From positions 1,056,001 to 1,120,000 of the forward strand of contig CAXWPJ010000009.1 of assembly GCA_963664115.2 (NCBI GenBank): 64,000 nt of DNA, in the 5' to 3' direction. A model generated the notes under the pieces. The model ran no database searches and was not told the origin of the DNA. It worked only from the letters and a program-made list of their open reading frames with translations. Shown one piece after another: positions 51,501 through 61,393 of the stretch. This DNA comes from Terriglobia bacterium (GTDB taxonomy: Bacteria; Acidobacteriota; Terriglobia; 20CM-2-55-15). The stretch's first letter is position 1, and every line of letters begins with the position of its first letter. A program made the position numbers and the translations under genes.

Positions 51501-51632
51501 GTCTTTGACGACCGCCGCTTCAATGTTGCCATGACCCGGGCCCGCAGAAAACTGGTGCTGGTGGCGCACCCCGATCTGTTTCGGAACACCAAGTACGAAT
51601 GGATATGTGAATTTCAGGAGAGTCAGGACTGA
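48582..51632 (+). CDS. Dna2-like PD-(D/E)xK Fe-S nuclease fused to an SF1 (Upf1-like) helicase
   Basis: Nuclease: HCPK, GRIDAV, VELKTG, HAQLFIY, CNAC..C. Helicase: WGPPGTGKT, VDEAGQ, GDDLQLPP, QYRMH, TVERFQGGE, RFNVAMTRAR. Confidence 0.88.
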   Translation: MTSPVANLIETLSSTPGLEVKEAGSTMLAALSGGTVSIEAFQEDPRVLMRSEHGVSRYLAQVVWRAIGGGYESLDEIVAGLYGVLDRNPPVIEAASPEKGAGDPRVVIPEARILRVGPLVRSDTDGWEASFEAQVTSGQLRNQEIAIHAHASVNPSACFIVPYFWIHARVAAYNLVPGQGKHYSAGPDTFFVLEPLRQVNATAVARSLHCPKPQIDQIRKGRGDVTVHTLKGMVVHSMLDRIIEGEDDLDACYVRVLPDFLVQLASIADESFDEDAFRADVFRHAKALKEFVALNPHMRRDPQVELRRYSATIGIQGRIDAVFKSENKLDIVELKTGRRIRSEDHAQLFIYRLLLSDQVRRARTRKEDPITLTARLLSSHDGTSTPLGTDTNFLQVLQARNRIVAHANDLGRSEPHVRLPYAGYESEVCNACPSWTRSRCGDDSVIFGDMPDAAEARDLAYYRKFSRLVQREGEYTARDLADLLDDSRLGYRVRNFRTLCGARCVGMESGSFTFEFEENTSDLNVGDRVVIHSGAISSTPSYHGHLRSIDAHAVNIRIPLNNISRDTFGGGLWTIDRFPSDQTSTASQTALFDFLRAPSGPLKRVVLGNMESQIDHEVARESHAVIGSDGAVTDITPSGFKTGLNSRQAQAVGRAISCPTFHLIWGPPGTGKTRVIPEIVANVSGGVLLGAFTNTALDKMLLSVLEGHPEMEFIRMGRSQDSPELARRLGERTSDYFSEDLAASIRSPKQLRRRLDQAPLVAATAHRASSHPYLRGRSFEMTVVDEAGQLTEPLTLGLIMRARRFVLIGDDLQLPPVVRTKGLQSSLFERLKGLALRDKSDTLTLLDVQYRMHPEIMNVSNRLYYEGALKSGIQSGDRQPPTGQALVFVPVDSVSEGRTNPGEALVVNDLVRSLAIHTPPEDIGVISPFRAQAVLLRRLLEGTGVTVDTVERFQGGEREVIVLSFVRSHGSNFVFDDRRFNVAMTRARRKLVLVAHPDLFRNTKYEWICEFQESQD

Positions 51633-51657
51633 TCTGTGCTGGCTCCGACCGTTTAGC

Positions 51658-52380
51658 TCATTCCATCCAACCCGTAAACCTTTCACGGCTGGGCGGGTCC
51701 GTCATCCAGGAGGTATCGGGAAGTGGCAGTTCCTGCGCATCACGCACCGTCAGCCAACCCTGTTCCAGAGGCATCTGGCGCCGTTGGCCACGCCGCGTGA
51801 TCCATGCCATCTTTTTGCGCTCCTCGCACAACTCGGCTAACTCGGCCGTCGCTACGGCATCCTGCTGTACGTAAGCGAGGACTTCCTTGTACCTGGCCGC
51901 CGCCCAGGCCGCAGGCGCTTCGGCTCCGCTCATGTCGGCGAGTTTGCCTGGGATTTCCATCCCTTCGGCAGCCTTCTGAAGGCTGACGGGATGACCCAGC
52001 ACGCAGACGGCATGAAACAACATGTCGACATGATTCACGGCCAGAGCGATACACTCGGCACGCTTCGCAGACTCCTCGGCCAGCACGTCGAAGTCGAAGC
52101 CCGTACCGTTCCACGTGACGAGCGTGTAACCGTCACGGACATAGGCCACCAGGTCGTCAACCATTGCTCCGGATTCGGCCCCCGACATCTGAGGTGCCGG
52201 CTCACCGTTCGATGTTCGGCCGTACCAGGTCACGGTCTTTTTCGAGTCACTCATGCAAGCGGCCGCACAGCTGATTCCCAGCGGCCTGTAGGCGAGAATC
52301 TCCGTTGCATCATCGGGTAAGATCTTCGCCGTTTCGATGTCGAAGGAAAGGTAGCGGGTTTGGAATAAGCTCCGTGTCAT
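51658..52380 (-). CDS. DEDD / RNase H-like 3'-5' exonuclease domain protein
   Basis: ExoI SFDIET, ExoII TWNGTGFD, ExoIII YVQQD. Confidence 0.78.
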   Translation of the reverse strand: MTRSLFQTRYLSFDIETAKILPDDATEILAYRPLGISCAAACMSDSKKTVTWYGRTSNGEPAPQMSGAESGAMVDDLVAYVRDGYTLVTWNGTGFDFDVLAEESAKRAECIALAVNHVDMLFHAVCVLGHPVSLQKAAEGMEIPGKLADMSGAEAPAAWAAARYKEVLAYVQQDAVATAELAELCEERKKMAWITRRGQRRQMPLEQGWLTVRDAQELPLPDTSWMTDPPSRERFTGWME

Positions 52381-52798
52381 GTTCTGGAAAAAGTCCGATC
52401 AGCCTTGCTGACTACGTCGATGATTTCATGTGCGTCTTCTCTATTTATCATCTTCATCCGCGGTTCACATCAGGTCCCGGCCGACTGATCCGCGTGAGGG
52501 GTCTCGACCGGGTGGCGCTGGAACCGAACCCTGCGAAGTCATGCCGTCTTTTAAACCACACGCGTACACGGCTGGGCAGACTTTCCCGCGCGTGTTCTTC
52601 CGTTTATTGTTCTGACTCCATACAGTACAATTTGTCCGAAACTTTGCGTACCTCGAACTGCCTCGAACAGGCTCGGACAGGACTGTTGCAGTGTCTTCCG
52701 AGGATTAGAGCTTTGCTAGACTGGAGCATCCTCGGCGAGGCCGCAAGGCATCGATTCCCGGTCGGAGGCTTTATTCCGATTCAGCAATGGAGAGACTT

Positions 52799-53893
52799 AT
52801 GAAACGAATAATCGCGCTTGTTGCTCTCGGCGTTCTTGTGTTCACGACGCCAGGTTCTACTCTGGGTCAGAACGCGGAGCTTCGCAATCTGGAAATCTAC
52901 TGGGTGGACGTCGAAGGCGGGCAGGCGACGCTGTTCGTGTCGCCGACCGGAGAGTCGCTGCTCTATGACACCGGATATCCGGATGAAGACCGCGATGCGA
53001 TGCGGATATTTGCGGCGACCCAAGAGGCGGGTTTGACACGGATCGATCATGTCGTGACCAGCCATTGGCACGGAGACCATGTGGGTGGACTGGCCGCGCT
53101 CTCCGAGATGATCCCGATCGGCAGGTTCTACGATCATGGCGAGGGCGTCGAACCCTCAGACCAGGCAAGGCTGGACGCGTACAAGGTCGTAGCCGGCGAC
53201 AGTCGGACGATCGTCAACGCCGGAGACACCATTCCTTTCGATGGCGTGCAGATGAGAGTGGTTGTTTCCGAAGGGCCGGTGATCGCTCGGCCGATCAATG
53301 GGGGCGGTCCCAACCCACTCTGCGCCAATGCCGTGCAGATGGGGCCGGCCGGACCCGAGAACCAGCGCATGGTCGGGCTGGCGCTCAACTACGGCGATTT
53401 CAAGTTCGTCAGCCTCGGTGATCTCGACTGGCAAAGAGAAATGGAACTGGCATGTCCCGTCAACAAACTCGGCACCGTCACGCTCTTTACGGTGAGCCGC
53501 CATGGCAGCCTCGATAACTCCGGGCCGCCGGCGATGCTCGGCGCGATCAGACCGCAAGTCGTGGTTGTGAACAACGGACCGCGAAAAGGCCTGGGTGCGC
53601 GCGACGACCGCGTGGCGACGATCACAGTCCCTGGCGTTCAACCCGACCCCTTTGAGCAAAATGCATACCTGAGGTTGGCGGGGACACCGGGAGTGGAAGA
53701 CATCTGGCAGGGGCACTTGTCGCTGCTGGATAGCGATCCCAACCACAACACGTCTCCGGACATGATCGCGAATCTCGAAGAGGGTGCCCGAGACCAGGCG
53801 CATTGGATTCATGCCTCGGTCGGGGCTGACGGCAGGTTCACGCTGACGAACAGCCGGAACGGATTCAGCAAGACCTACATGTCGCGGAGGTAA
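52799..53893 (+). CDS. Secreted ComEC/Rec2-like MBL-fold hydrolase
   Basis: WVDVEGGQATL, YDTG, SHWHGDHVGG, GDL and RHG motifs. Confidence 0.85.
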   Translation: MKRIIALVALGVLVFTTPGSTLGQNAELRNLEIYWVDVEGGQATLFVSPTGESLLYDTGYPDEDRDAMRIFAATQEAGLTRIDHVVTSHWHGDHVGGLAALSEMIPIGRFYDHGEGVEPSDQARLDAYKVVAGDSRTIVNAGDTIPFDGVQMRVVVSEGPVIARPINGGGPNPLCANAVQMGPAGPENQRMVGLALNYGDFKFVSLGDLDWQREMELACPVNKLGTVTLFTVSRHGSLDNSGPPAMLGAIRPQVVVVNNGPRKGLGARDDRVATITVPGVQPDPFEQNAYLRLAGTPGVEDIWQGHLSLLDSDPNHNTSPDMIANLEEGARDQAHWIHASVGADGRFTLTNSRNGFSKTYMSRR

Positions 53894-54123
53894 TCCCAAT
53901 AGCCATAGCGGGGACCAGATGCCGCTATCGTCGTGCCGGGTTGAGGAAGCCCAGCACGGGGTATTACGTATTCACGCGTTCGCGGTAATCAATCAATATT
54001 CGGTTCAGGAATCTTCGGACAAAACTCAGCGACACACCTTCGAAAGTCGTTTTTCCCTTTCGTAAGGCCGAATTTTCGCTTTCGGTCCCCTGGACAGTAC
54101 CCACCGTTCCATAATTAGAAAGC

Positions 54124-55752
54124 ATGTTGCGATTAACCGAAGTCAAACTGCCACTCGACCATCCCGCAGGCAAAATCGAAGCGGCCATTCTAAAGCGGTT
54201 GGGCATTCGGGCCGACGATCTGGAGAAATACGTCATCTTCAAGCGAGGCGTGGATGCGCGCAAGCCGAACGCGATTCTGTTTGTCTATACGCTGGATGTG
54301 ACCGTGCGCGAGGAAGAGGCGATCCTGGTGCGGTTCAAAAAAGACAGGCGTGTCAGCCTCGCACCCGATACCCGTTACCACTTCGTTGCCCGGGCACCGC
54401 TCGATTTATCGTCGCGCCCCCTCGTCGTGGGCATGGGACCGGCGGGTTTGTTCGCCGGCTTGATACTTGCCCAGACAGGCTTTCGCCCGCTGATTCTGGA
54501 ACGTGGCAAGGTGGTGCGTGAGCGCACCAAGGATACCTTTGGGTTCTGGCGGAAGGGCGTGCTCCACCCCGAATCCAACGTACAGTTCGGCGAGGGTGGC
54601 GCCGGGACCTTCTCTGACGGCAAGTTGTACAGCCAAATCAAAGACCCCAAACATTACGGCAGAAAAGTGCTGGATGAATTCGTCAAGGCCGGCGCGCCGG
54701 AAGAAATTCTGTACGACAGCAAACCTCACATCGGGACCTTTCGTTTAGTCGCCATGGTGGAAAAGATGCGGGCCAGCATACAGGCCCTGGGCGGTGAGAT
54801 TCGCTTCGAGAGCCGTGTGGACGATATCGATATCGTTGACGATCACGTTCGCGGCGTCGTGCTTGCCAGTGGCGAACATATTGCCGCCGATCATCTTGTC
54901 CTGGCACTCGGACACAGCGCGCGCGACACTTTCGAGATGCTCCTCCGGCGTGGTGTGTATATCGAAGCCAAACCCTTCTCCATCGGCTTTCGCATCGAGC
55001 ATCCACAATCGCTGATCGACCACAATCGCTACGGAAGAAATGCGGGCAATCCCTTGCTCGGCGCAGCCGATTACAACCTGGTGCACCACGCCAGCAACGG
55101 GCGTTCGGTATACAGCTTCTGCATGTGCCCGGGCGGTACGGTGGTCGCCGCGGCGTCGGAACCGGGACGCGTGGTCACCAACGGCATGAGTCAGTATTCG
55201 CGCAAGGAGGCCAACGCCAACAGCGCCATCGTGGTGGGCATCTCGCCGGAAGACTACCGGGTCGCTTCGCCCGATCCGGACAGCCCGCTTGCCGGAGTGG
55301 AATTCCAGCGGCATTGGGAATCACGTGCTTATGAGCTGGGTGGCAGTAACTATCAGGCTCCCGGACAACTGCTCGGTGATTTCATGGCGGGCGAACCCTC
55401 ATCGAAATCCGGCACGGTGGGGCCGTCCTATACTCCAGGTGTGCATTTCTGCGATCTGAGCACAGCCCTTCCCGACTACGCCATCGCTGCGATACGTGAA
55501 GCCCTGCCCGTCTTCGCAACAAAAATTAAAGGATTTGATTTGTCCGATGCCGTCCTGACTGCGGTGGAAACGCGCACCTCTTCGCCGATACGTATCGCCC
55601 GCAACGACAACGATTTCCAAAGCATCAACATCCACGGTCTCTACCCGACCGGGGAGGGCGCCGGCTATGCGGGCGGCATCCTGTCTGCAGCCGTGGACGG
55701 CCTCAAGGTTGGGGAAGCTGTCGCTTTGAGTATGACGTCTGTAAAGAAGTGA
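54124..55752 (+). CDS. NAD(P)/FAD-dependent oxidoreductase (COG2509-like)
   Basis: GMGPAG, SNVQFGEGGAGTFSDGKL, YSFCMCPGG, ETRTSSP and GEGAGYAGGI motifs. Confidence 0.9.
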   Translation: MLRLTEVKLPLDHPAGKIEAAILKRLGIRADDLEKYVIFKRGVDARKPNAILFVYTLDVTVREEEAILVRFKKDRRVSLAPDTRYHFVARAPLDLSSRPLVVGMGPAGLFAGLILAQTGFRPLILERGKVVRERTKDTFGFWRKGVLHPESNVQFGEGGAGTFSDGKLYSQIKDPKHYGRKVLDEFVKAGAPEEILYDSKPHIGTFRLVAMVEKMRASIQALGGEIRFESRVDDIDIVDDHVRGVVLASGEHIAADHLVLALGHSARDTFEMLLRRGVYIEAKPFSIGFRIEHPQSLIDHNRYGRNAGNPLLGAADYNLVHHASNGRSVYSFCMCPGGTVVAAASEPGRVVTNGMSQYSRKEANANSAIVVGISPEDYRVASPDPDSPLAGVEFQRHWESRAYELGGSNYQAPGQLLGDFMAGEPSSKSGTVGPSYTPGVHFCDLSTALPDYAIAAIREALPVFATKIKGFDLSDAVLTAVETRTSSPIRIARNDNDFQSINIHGLYPTGEGAGYAGGILSAAVDGLKVGEAVALSMTSVKK

Positions 55753-56123
55753 GAAATCAGATAGACCTCCCTCCCTCCGCACAGCCGCCCACCGCTGAAC
55801 GATACCGAAGCTCTCAATGTTGGTAGACGCTTTGACAGGTGGTGCCGACCTGCACACCGCCTGATATCCGCTGTGCGAACCCTCATCGGGTCGTCATCTC
55901 TTCCAGTCCTGAGTGCAGATTGCTGAATCGGCAAACAAAAACCAAGATTCCTACTACATATTCCTAATGAAAGACTGAATTCCTGCCGATACCTTCAACA
56001 TAAGCACGCATTTGCCCAAGACTGGGCAGGGTCGGTGGAAAGCAGCCGACCGGATTTTACCCGTCCAGAGAAGACGGGATTCTTTGCCACTTAAGTGTTT
56101 GAGTGGCTTGAAGGAGAATCAAA

Positions 56124-57623
56124 ATGGGGAACGGAATAAATGGCATTGGAAACGGGGCGCCAGCCTCGTTGGCCAATGATCTGCTTACTGATTCGACAAG
56201 CGCGAATTCGGGAAAAGGCAAGGCGAATTCGGTGAACGCAAACGCAAACACCGATTCGACAAACAAACCATTGTCACTAAGAGAGTCGCGGAAGCAGGCA
56301 AGACAGGAACGGCGAGCGGAGCGACATGCCCAAAGAGCTGCTGCCAAGAAAGCGGGGAACGCAGCCGCCGATTCTGCTCGGGTGGACGCGAAGCAAGCCC
56401 GAAAAGCTGCGAGGGTAGCGGCGCGGCAAGCCAGCAAGGGTCGTCGGTCGGCGAAAAGAGTCGCCATGAATCGGGACACCGTCAAGCTGAGTGTTAGAGG
56501 CACGTCGACCCGGAGTCAAGGCCTTCAGGCTGAGGCTTCGAAGCCAGACGTCGTCACGTCCAAGTCTGACCCGGCGCAGAACGACTACTCAAGTATGAAA
56601 ACCACGTTCAAGGCCAGTCTTTCGCCGAATTTCGTCGATTCGAACAACGCTTCCTTCGGTGTCACGAACCCGACGACAGCGCTACACACTCCCACGTCTG
56701 GTGTGAACTTTGCGCCAGCCGACAAAGGCTCCGCCAACGGTCCGGTACTCTCGGCACCGACCAGTGCGGCCGGAGCAGGAGACAATGGCTTTACAGGGTC
56801 GTTGAATCCTCCTGTCGATCCGTCGCGAAACAATTTAGGACAGCCCCAAAAGGGTCTGGGGGCCGCACCCAAGAACGGCAACGGTCTGGGTCAAGGCCTC
56901 GGTCAGGGTCCCGTTAAGGGTCCGGGCATCGGGAACAAGCCGAGTCCGGGTCTGGGAAACAAACCGGGTCAAGGCATCGGGAACGGACCGGGCCAGGGCA
57001 AGGGAAAAGGGAACATTAATTATTCGGGCGAAGATCCGACCGGCGGAGTCTTCAAGGGAACGATGGAGGCCTTTAAGGGGCAGCTCAATTCCTTCTACGA
57101 AAAAGGCCCTGAAAAATCCGAAGGTCCGAAGGGTCCGGGTAATAACGAAGGATCCGGTAAAGGTGAGGGTCCCGGTAAGGGTAAGGGTTACGGCAAGTGG
57201 CAGAGTTCGGGTGGAGGCTACGCGAACGCAAAGGCAGCTCAGCCGGCCAACAAGCCGTACAAGTTTGCCGAACGTGGGCCGAGCCCCGCTCAGCTCCTGA
57301 GGTACTCTGGGAATCTGACACAATCGGTCACCCGAGGTCCCGTCAATATGAATGCCCTGAAACTCAATGTTGAGGGTGCGGACACCGCCCCTGCTGCCTC
57401 AGCTTCCGGGCGAGTCAGCATCAAGCTGGATGACAACTATCTCGAGACGTTGTCCCGCATGAAGGCAGTTACAGGTGGCAATCAGGCGTCGTCTACAAAT
57501 GAAAAGCTGAGAATTCCCAGCGTTCAGGAGTCGATGGCACAATTGTCGAAGTTCCACCGGGACGCATTTGGAGGCCAGGACGCGATCTTTACGGATCGGC
57601 CCTCGTTCTCCATTTCCGGATAG
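56124..57623 (+). CDS. Low-complexity Gly/Lys/Asn/Ala-rich hypothetical protein
   Basis: AAGGAG RBS; 499-aa ORF; terminator directly downstream. Confidence 0.7.
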   Translation: MGNGINGIGNGAPASLANDLLTDSTSANSGKGKANSVNANANTDSTNKPLSLRESRKQARQERRAERHAQRAAAKKAGNAAADSARVDAKQARKAARVAARQASKGRRSAKRVAMNRDTVKLSVRGTSTRSQGLQAEASKPDVVTSKSDPAQNDYSSMKTTFKASLSPNFVDSNNASFGVTNPTTALHTPTSGVNFAPADKGSANGPVLSAPTSAAGAGDNGFTGSLNPPVDPSRNNLGQPQKGLGAAPKNGNGLGQGLGQGPVKGPGIGNKPSPGLGNKPGQGIGNGPGQGKGKGNINYSGEDPTGGVFKGTMEAFKGQLNSFYEKGPEKSEGPKGPGNNEGSGKGEGPGKGKGYGKWQSSGGGYANAKAAQPANKPYKFAERGPSPAQLLRYSGNLTQSVTRGPVNMNALKLNVEGADTAPAASASGRVSIKLDDNYLETLSRMKAVTGGNQASSTNEKLRIPSVQESMAQLSKFHRDAFGGQDAIFTDRPSFSISG

Positions 57624-57655
57624 TTCGGAATTCGGTTCTTTAGCAGCAAACGGTT

Positions 57656-57693
57656 GGACACCCCGGGTGACTACACTGGGGTGTCCTTTTTTT
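57656..57693 (+). terminator. Rho-independent terminator
   Basis: GGACACCCC...GGGGTGTCC followed by T7. Confidence 0.8.
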
Positions 57694-57765
57694 ATCGGGA
57701 ACGGGGGAGCTTTTCCATGACGCGTAAACCGCAGGCTCCCCACTGGCCAATTCTAAAATAGCCGG

Positions 57766-58440
57766 TTAAGTTTTCCATCCAGTGAATACCACGTGGTGCG
57801 TTCCGCCTGTTCCGTTGCGGGTCTTGTGGGCCGAGATGCGGTGATGGTCGGAACGAAACCCGTTCCGCCGCAAACGAACGGGGAATTGCGGCGCGTCATA
57901 CGCCGACCAGATCGAGACCCGGCCACCATCTCGAAGCGCCCGCCGGATGGCCTGCAGACCGCTGTCGGTGTAGAGCCATGCATTAGGTTCGGCGACTTGT
58001 GGCGAGGGACCGTTGTCGACATCGAGCATGATGGCATCGAACTCGTTGTTGGCCGCGCGAATTACCTTTGCCACATCGTCCTCGACCAGCTGAACGCGCG
58101 GATCGTCGAGCGGGTGATCTGCGAATGTTGCCAGCGGTCCGCGGTTCCACCGAACGACTTCAGGGACGAGCTCAACCTGCACGGCCGTGCCACCTTGAGG
58201 TAGCAGGTCGGGTGCCCCACGCAGTGTGTAGCCCATACCCAGGCCGCCAATCATGACTTTCGCACCCGCCCTGAGTTTCTCGCACACGACCCGGGCCAGC
58301 TCGACTTCGGAAAAGTGCATCCGTGTCCCCATCAAGGGCAGGTTGTCCGCTTTGATGACGAACTCGCCGTCATGTTCGACCAGTTCGAGGCGGGTGCCGT
58401 CGGGCGAGACGGTTTCTTCGATTGTGGTCCAGGGTTTCAT
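57766..58440 (-). CDS. Spermidine synthase-like SAM-dependent methyltransferase
   Basis: IGGLGMGYT, VELVPEV..WN and FDAIMLDVDNGP motifs. Confidence 0.82.
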   Translation of the reverse strand: MKPWTTIEETVSPDGTRLELVEHDGEFVIKADNLPLMGTRMHFSEVELARVVCEKLRAGAKVMIGGLGMGYTLRGAPDLLPQGGTAVQVELVPEVVRWNRGPLATFADHPLDDPRVQLVEDDVAKVIRAANNEFDAIMLDVDNGPSPQVAEPNAWLYTDSGLQAIRRALRDGGRVSIWSAYDAPQFPVRLRRNGFRSDHHRISAHKTRNGTGGTHHVVFTGWKT

Positions 58441-59178
58441 AAGGGACTTTAGTTATCGGTGTAAATCCGGGTCATTGTCAACTCGAGCTGACGCCGCTGG
58501 TCGTTTCCCTTCACGGTGACGTTCAGGATCTATTCCGATTTGGAAGAGGTAGGCTGAAACCGATTCCTCACCGACAGTTGCGGGCGTGTTCTTTCCCGAC
58601 GTGGAAATCGGTTGCCTAAGCGTGATCGATTGAACTCGGTAATCTTCAGTGAAGGTATGGTTTGCCGATACATCGGCTGAACAGATCGGGTTCCTCAAGG
58701 TTTAGGTTGGGTAGAAGTAGCTGAAGCGTTTCCTCTGCTACCGGGAAAGGTCGAGGGACGTTGCCCAAAGGAGCCCGCGCAGGAGCAGGTCATACGTCTC
58801 TGTCTACCGCTGAAATCGATACTCAAGTCCTGCCAAAGCATCTTCGCGGACATTGAGAATTTCACACTCTGGGCAGAACCAGCCGAGTCTGTCGAGTCAT
58901 CCCCTGAAACTAACAACTCAGAACTGAGGCGGTGGGGCGAGTCGCTGTCGAGGCGTCGTCGGAGTCCTTTCAACACCTGCGATATCGTGACTCCAGACGG
59001 CGTGGCTTACGATTTCGGGTGGGTAACGGTGCCTGATGTGGAGAGATCGATGGGTCTTCATCCCGGCAGTGTGGCACCTAGGGAATTAACCTGACAATGC
59101 CCGCAGATTTTACCTATACTCTGCAGGGTGACACGTAGTTCCCGTGATCGATCGAACCGGCTTGCACTGGAGGGCCTT

Positions 59179-59976
59179 GTGAAAATACGGTCGCTTGCTC
59201 GATGGGTTGTCAGGCTTGGCGCGGTCGTCCTGTTGGCGTCTGGCGCGGCTTCTGCCGAAGAAGTGCGCGTGATGATTTCTGCCGGTTTTTACGGAGTGTA
59301 TGCCGAGCTGGGCCCGGCGTTTGAGCGCGCGACCGGCCACCGCCTGATCACGACCCGCGGCCCGTCGATGGGCGACTCTCCCGAGGCCATTTCCACCCGC
59401 CTTGCGCGTGGCGAGACTGCGGACGTCGTGATCCTGGACGGAGGATCCGCCGACGAGCTTGCCGAACGAGGATTCGTGCGCGCAGGCAGCAAGATCGACC
59501 TCGCGAAGTCACAGATCGGCATGGTCGTGAGCGCTGGGGCCGCGACGCCGGATATCGGCAGCGTCGAGGCGTTCCGGCGAACGCTGCTCGCCGCTCAGTC
59601 CATCGGCTACTCGGACAGCGGCAGCGGCACCTATCTCTCGACGGTCCTGTTCGCGGAGCTGGGCGTTGCGGACCAGGTACTGGGCAAGGGTCGAAAGGTA
59701 CGCGGGCCGCCGTCCGGGGAACCTGTGGCAGCGGTGGTTGCACGTGGCGAGGTGGAGATCGGTTTTCAGCAGGTCAGTGAACTCATACACGTCCCCGGCG
59801 TGACCTTCGTCGGTGCGATTCCGGCCGAACTTCAGCCCGGATTCACTTTCGCCGGTGCTATCACGGGTTCAGCCCAACAGCCGGACGCGGCGCTTGCGCT
59901 GCTGCAGTTCCTCGCATCGCCCGAAGCGGCCCCGACGATCCTGGAGCACGGGCTGACGCCACCTGATCGACAGTAG
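59179..59976 (+). CDS. ModA-like substrate-binding domain protein
   Basis: GGAGG RBS and GTG start; signal peptide; YSDSGSG.Y and GEVEIGFQQVSEL motifs. Confidence 0.8.
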   Translation: MKIRSLARWVVRLGAVVLLASGAASAEEVRVMISAGFYGVYAELGPAFERATGHRLITTRGPSMGDSPEAISTRLARGETADVVILDGGSADELAERGFVRAGSKIDLAKSQIGMVVSAGAATPDIGSVEAFRRTLLAAQSIGYSDSGSGTYLSTVLFAELGVADQVLGKGRKVRGPPSGEPVAAVVARGEVEIGFQQVSELIHVPGVTFVGAIPAELQPGFTFAGAITGSAQQPDAALALLQFLASPEAAPTILEHGLTPPDRQ

Positions 59977-60116
59977 CTGAAACGGGTGGTGGTTCCCACT
60001 CGAAACAAGTTGTGGACGACGCCTTGAACATGGAGAAACGACCAGATCAACGTCGTCCTGAATTTCTTTGAAGGACCGAAGGAACGGGTTCCCGTCCCGT
60101 AAAACCTTGAAATCCG

Positions 60117-60156
60117 TTCTCGAGTCCTGATAAATCATCTTCTCGGACCTTGAGAA
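60117..60156. repeat. 40-bp imperfect palindrome, copy 1
   Basis: 36/40 identical to 61945-61984; TTCTC...GAGAA ends. Confidence 0.7.
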
Positions 60157-60209
60157 TTGGACACGCTATCACCTGCTTGCGGCGGTCATAAGGTGGTACA
60201 AGCAAGGCC

Positions 60210-61319
60210 ATGAAAACCATCATTAGATTTTTCGCGGTGCTTTTGTTGGCGGTAATGCTGTGGGGGCCGGTACCGGTCACGGGCCAGGCCCCGCCGTCCG
60301 CGCTTGTCAACCAGGGGGCAGAGGAAACGGTGGAGGCGGCCCGAGCGGCTTCCCCGCGAACGTCGGAAGAGACGTTTGCGTACTTCGAGGATGAAGTCGA
60401 CGAGGCGCTCGCAAGAGCAATCCAACGTGTCTGGGATCCCACCCGGCCTCGAGGAAGCTCCCCACGTACCCCGTGGGGCGACCCGGACCTGCGGGGATAC
60501 TGGTCGAACATTGCCTATACGCCCTTGGAACGACCCGACGAGCTCGCAGAGAAGCCGCTGTACACGAAAGAAGAAGCGATCGAGGCGTTCCAGGGATACG
60601 TCACCAGGGATGCATCTGTCGATCCGGCAACGGTGCATTATGATTGGACGGAGTTCGGGATGGACATCTGGCAAAGCCCGGTTCGACCGAACCTCCGCAC
60701 GGCGCTGATCGTGGATCCGCCGGACGGGAAGCTTCCCGCTCTGACGCCGCAGGGGAGGAATCGCTTACAGGCACAGGCGAGGGTTGACACACTAGAATCC
60801 CGGAGCCTGTACGAGCGTTGCATTACCGGGAGCCAGGGACCGCCAAGGATTCCTGGCAGACAGCAAACCGGTGAGTCTCAGATCGTCCAGACGCCGGACC
60901 ACGTGGTACTCACCATGCAGTCGAATAGTGATGTGCGCATCATCCCCCTGGATGGACGCCCGCGCCCTCCAGACAGCATTCGAGCTTGGTTGGGCGATGC
61001 ACGCGGCCGCTGGGAGGGTGATACGCTCGTCGTTGAGACGACGAACTTCCATGAGGAGCGCAAGTGGAGAGGAGCTGCGGGCAACCTGCACCTCGAGGAA
61101 CGCTTCACACGAATCGACGAAGCCACACTTCTTTACGAAATCACGGTCACCGATCCGACGACGTGGGAAGCACCATGGACAGTGGAGGTTCCCTGGCCGA
61201 AATTGGAACCGCCGGGGCTGTTTGAGTTCGCGTGCCACGAGCAGAATTATGGCATCATTAACGTCATGCGAGGCGTACAGGCTCGGGCAGCCGAATACGA
61301 AGCGGAGTTGGCGAGGTGA
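60210..61319 (+). CDS. Secreted hypothetical protein, DUF6152-partner family
   Basis: PRTPWGDPDLRGYW, TPLERP, IVDPPDGKLP, ERC, RIIPLDGR, GRWEGDTLVVET and EFACHE motifs. Confidence 0.8.
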   Translation: MKTIIRFFAVLLLAVMLWGPVPVTGQAPPSALVNQGAEETVEAARAASPRTSEETFAYFEDEVDEALARAIQRVWDPTRPRGSSPRTPWGDPDLRGYWSNIAYTPLERPDELAEKPLYTKEEAIEAFQGYVTRDASVDPATVHYDWTEFGMDIWQSPVRPNLRTALIVDPPDGKLPALTPQGRNRLQAQARVDTLESRSLYERCITGSQGPPRIPGRQQTGESQIVQTPDHVVLTMQSNSDVRIIPLDGRPRPPDSIRAWLGDARGRWEGDTLVVETTNFHEERKWRGAAGNLHLEERFTRIDEATLLYEITVTDPTTWEAPWTVEVPWPKLEPPGLFEFACHEQNYGIINVMRGVQARAAEYEAELAR

Positions 61320-61393
61320 TCCACAAGGAAACCTACAAATCTTTGAATGGCCCAGAGCCGAAGAGTCGGACTTTATGGGCAACGGGAGCCACC

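Noticed and set aside
48582-51632. cas4 of a CRISPR system
   Set aside because: The nuclease is fused to an SF1 helicase, and no cas1, cas2 or array is in the window.
56003-56075. c-di-GMP riboswitch
   Set aside because: A GAAA-loop hairpin is present, but the GCAAA/GACGCAAAGC core of the class I motif is absent.
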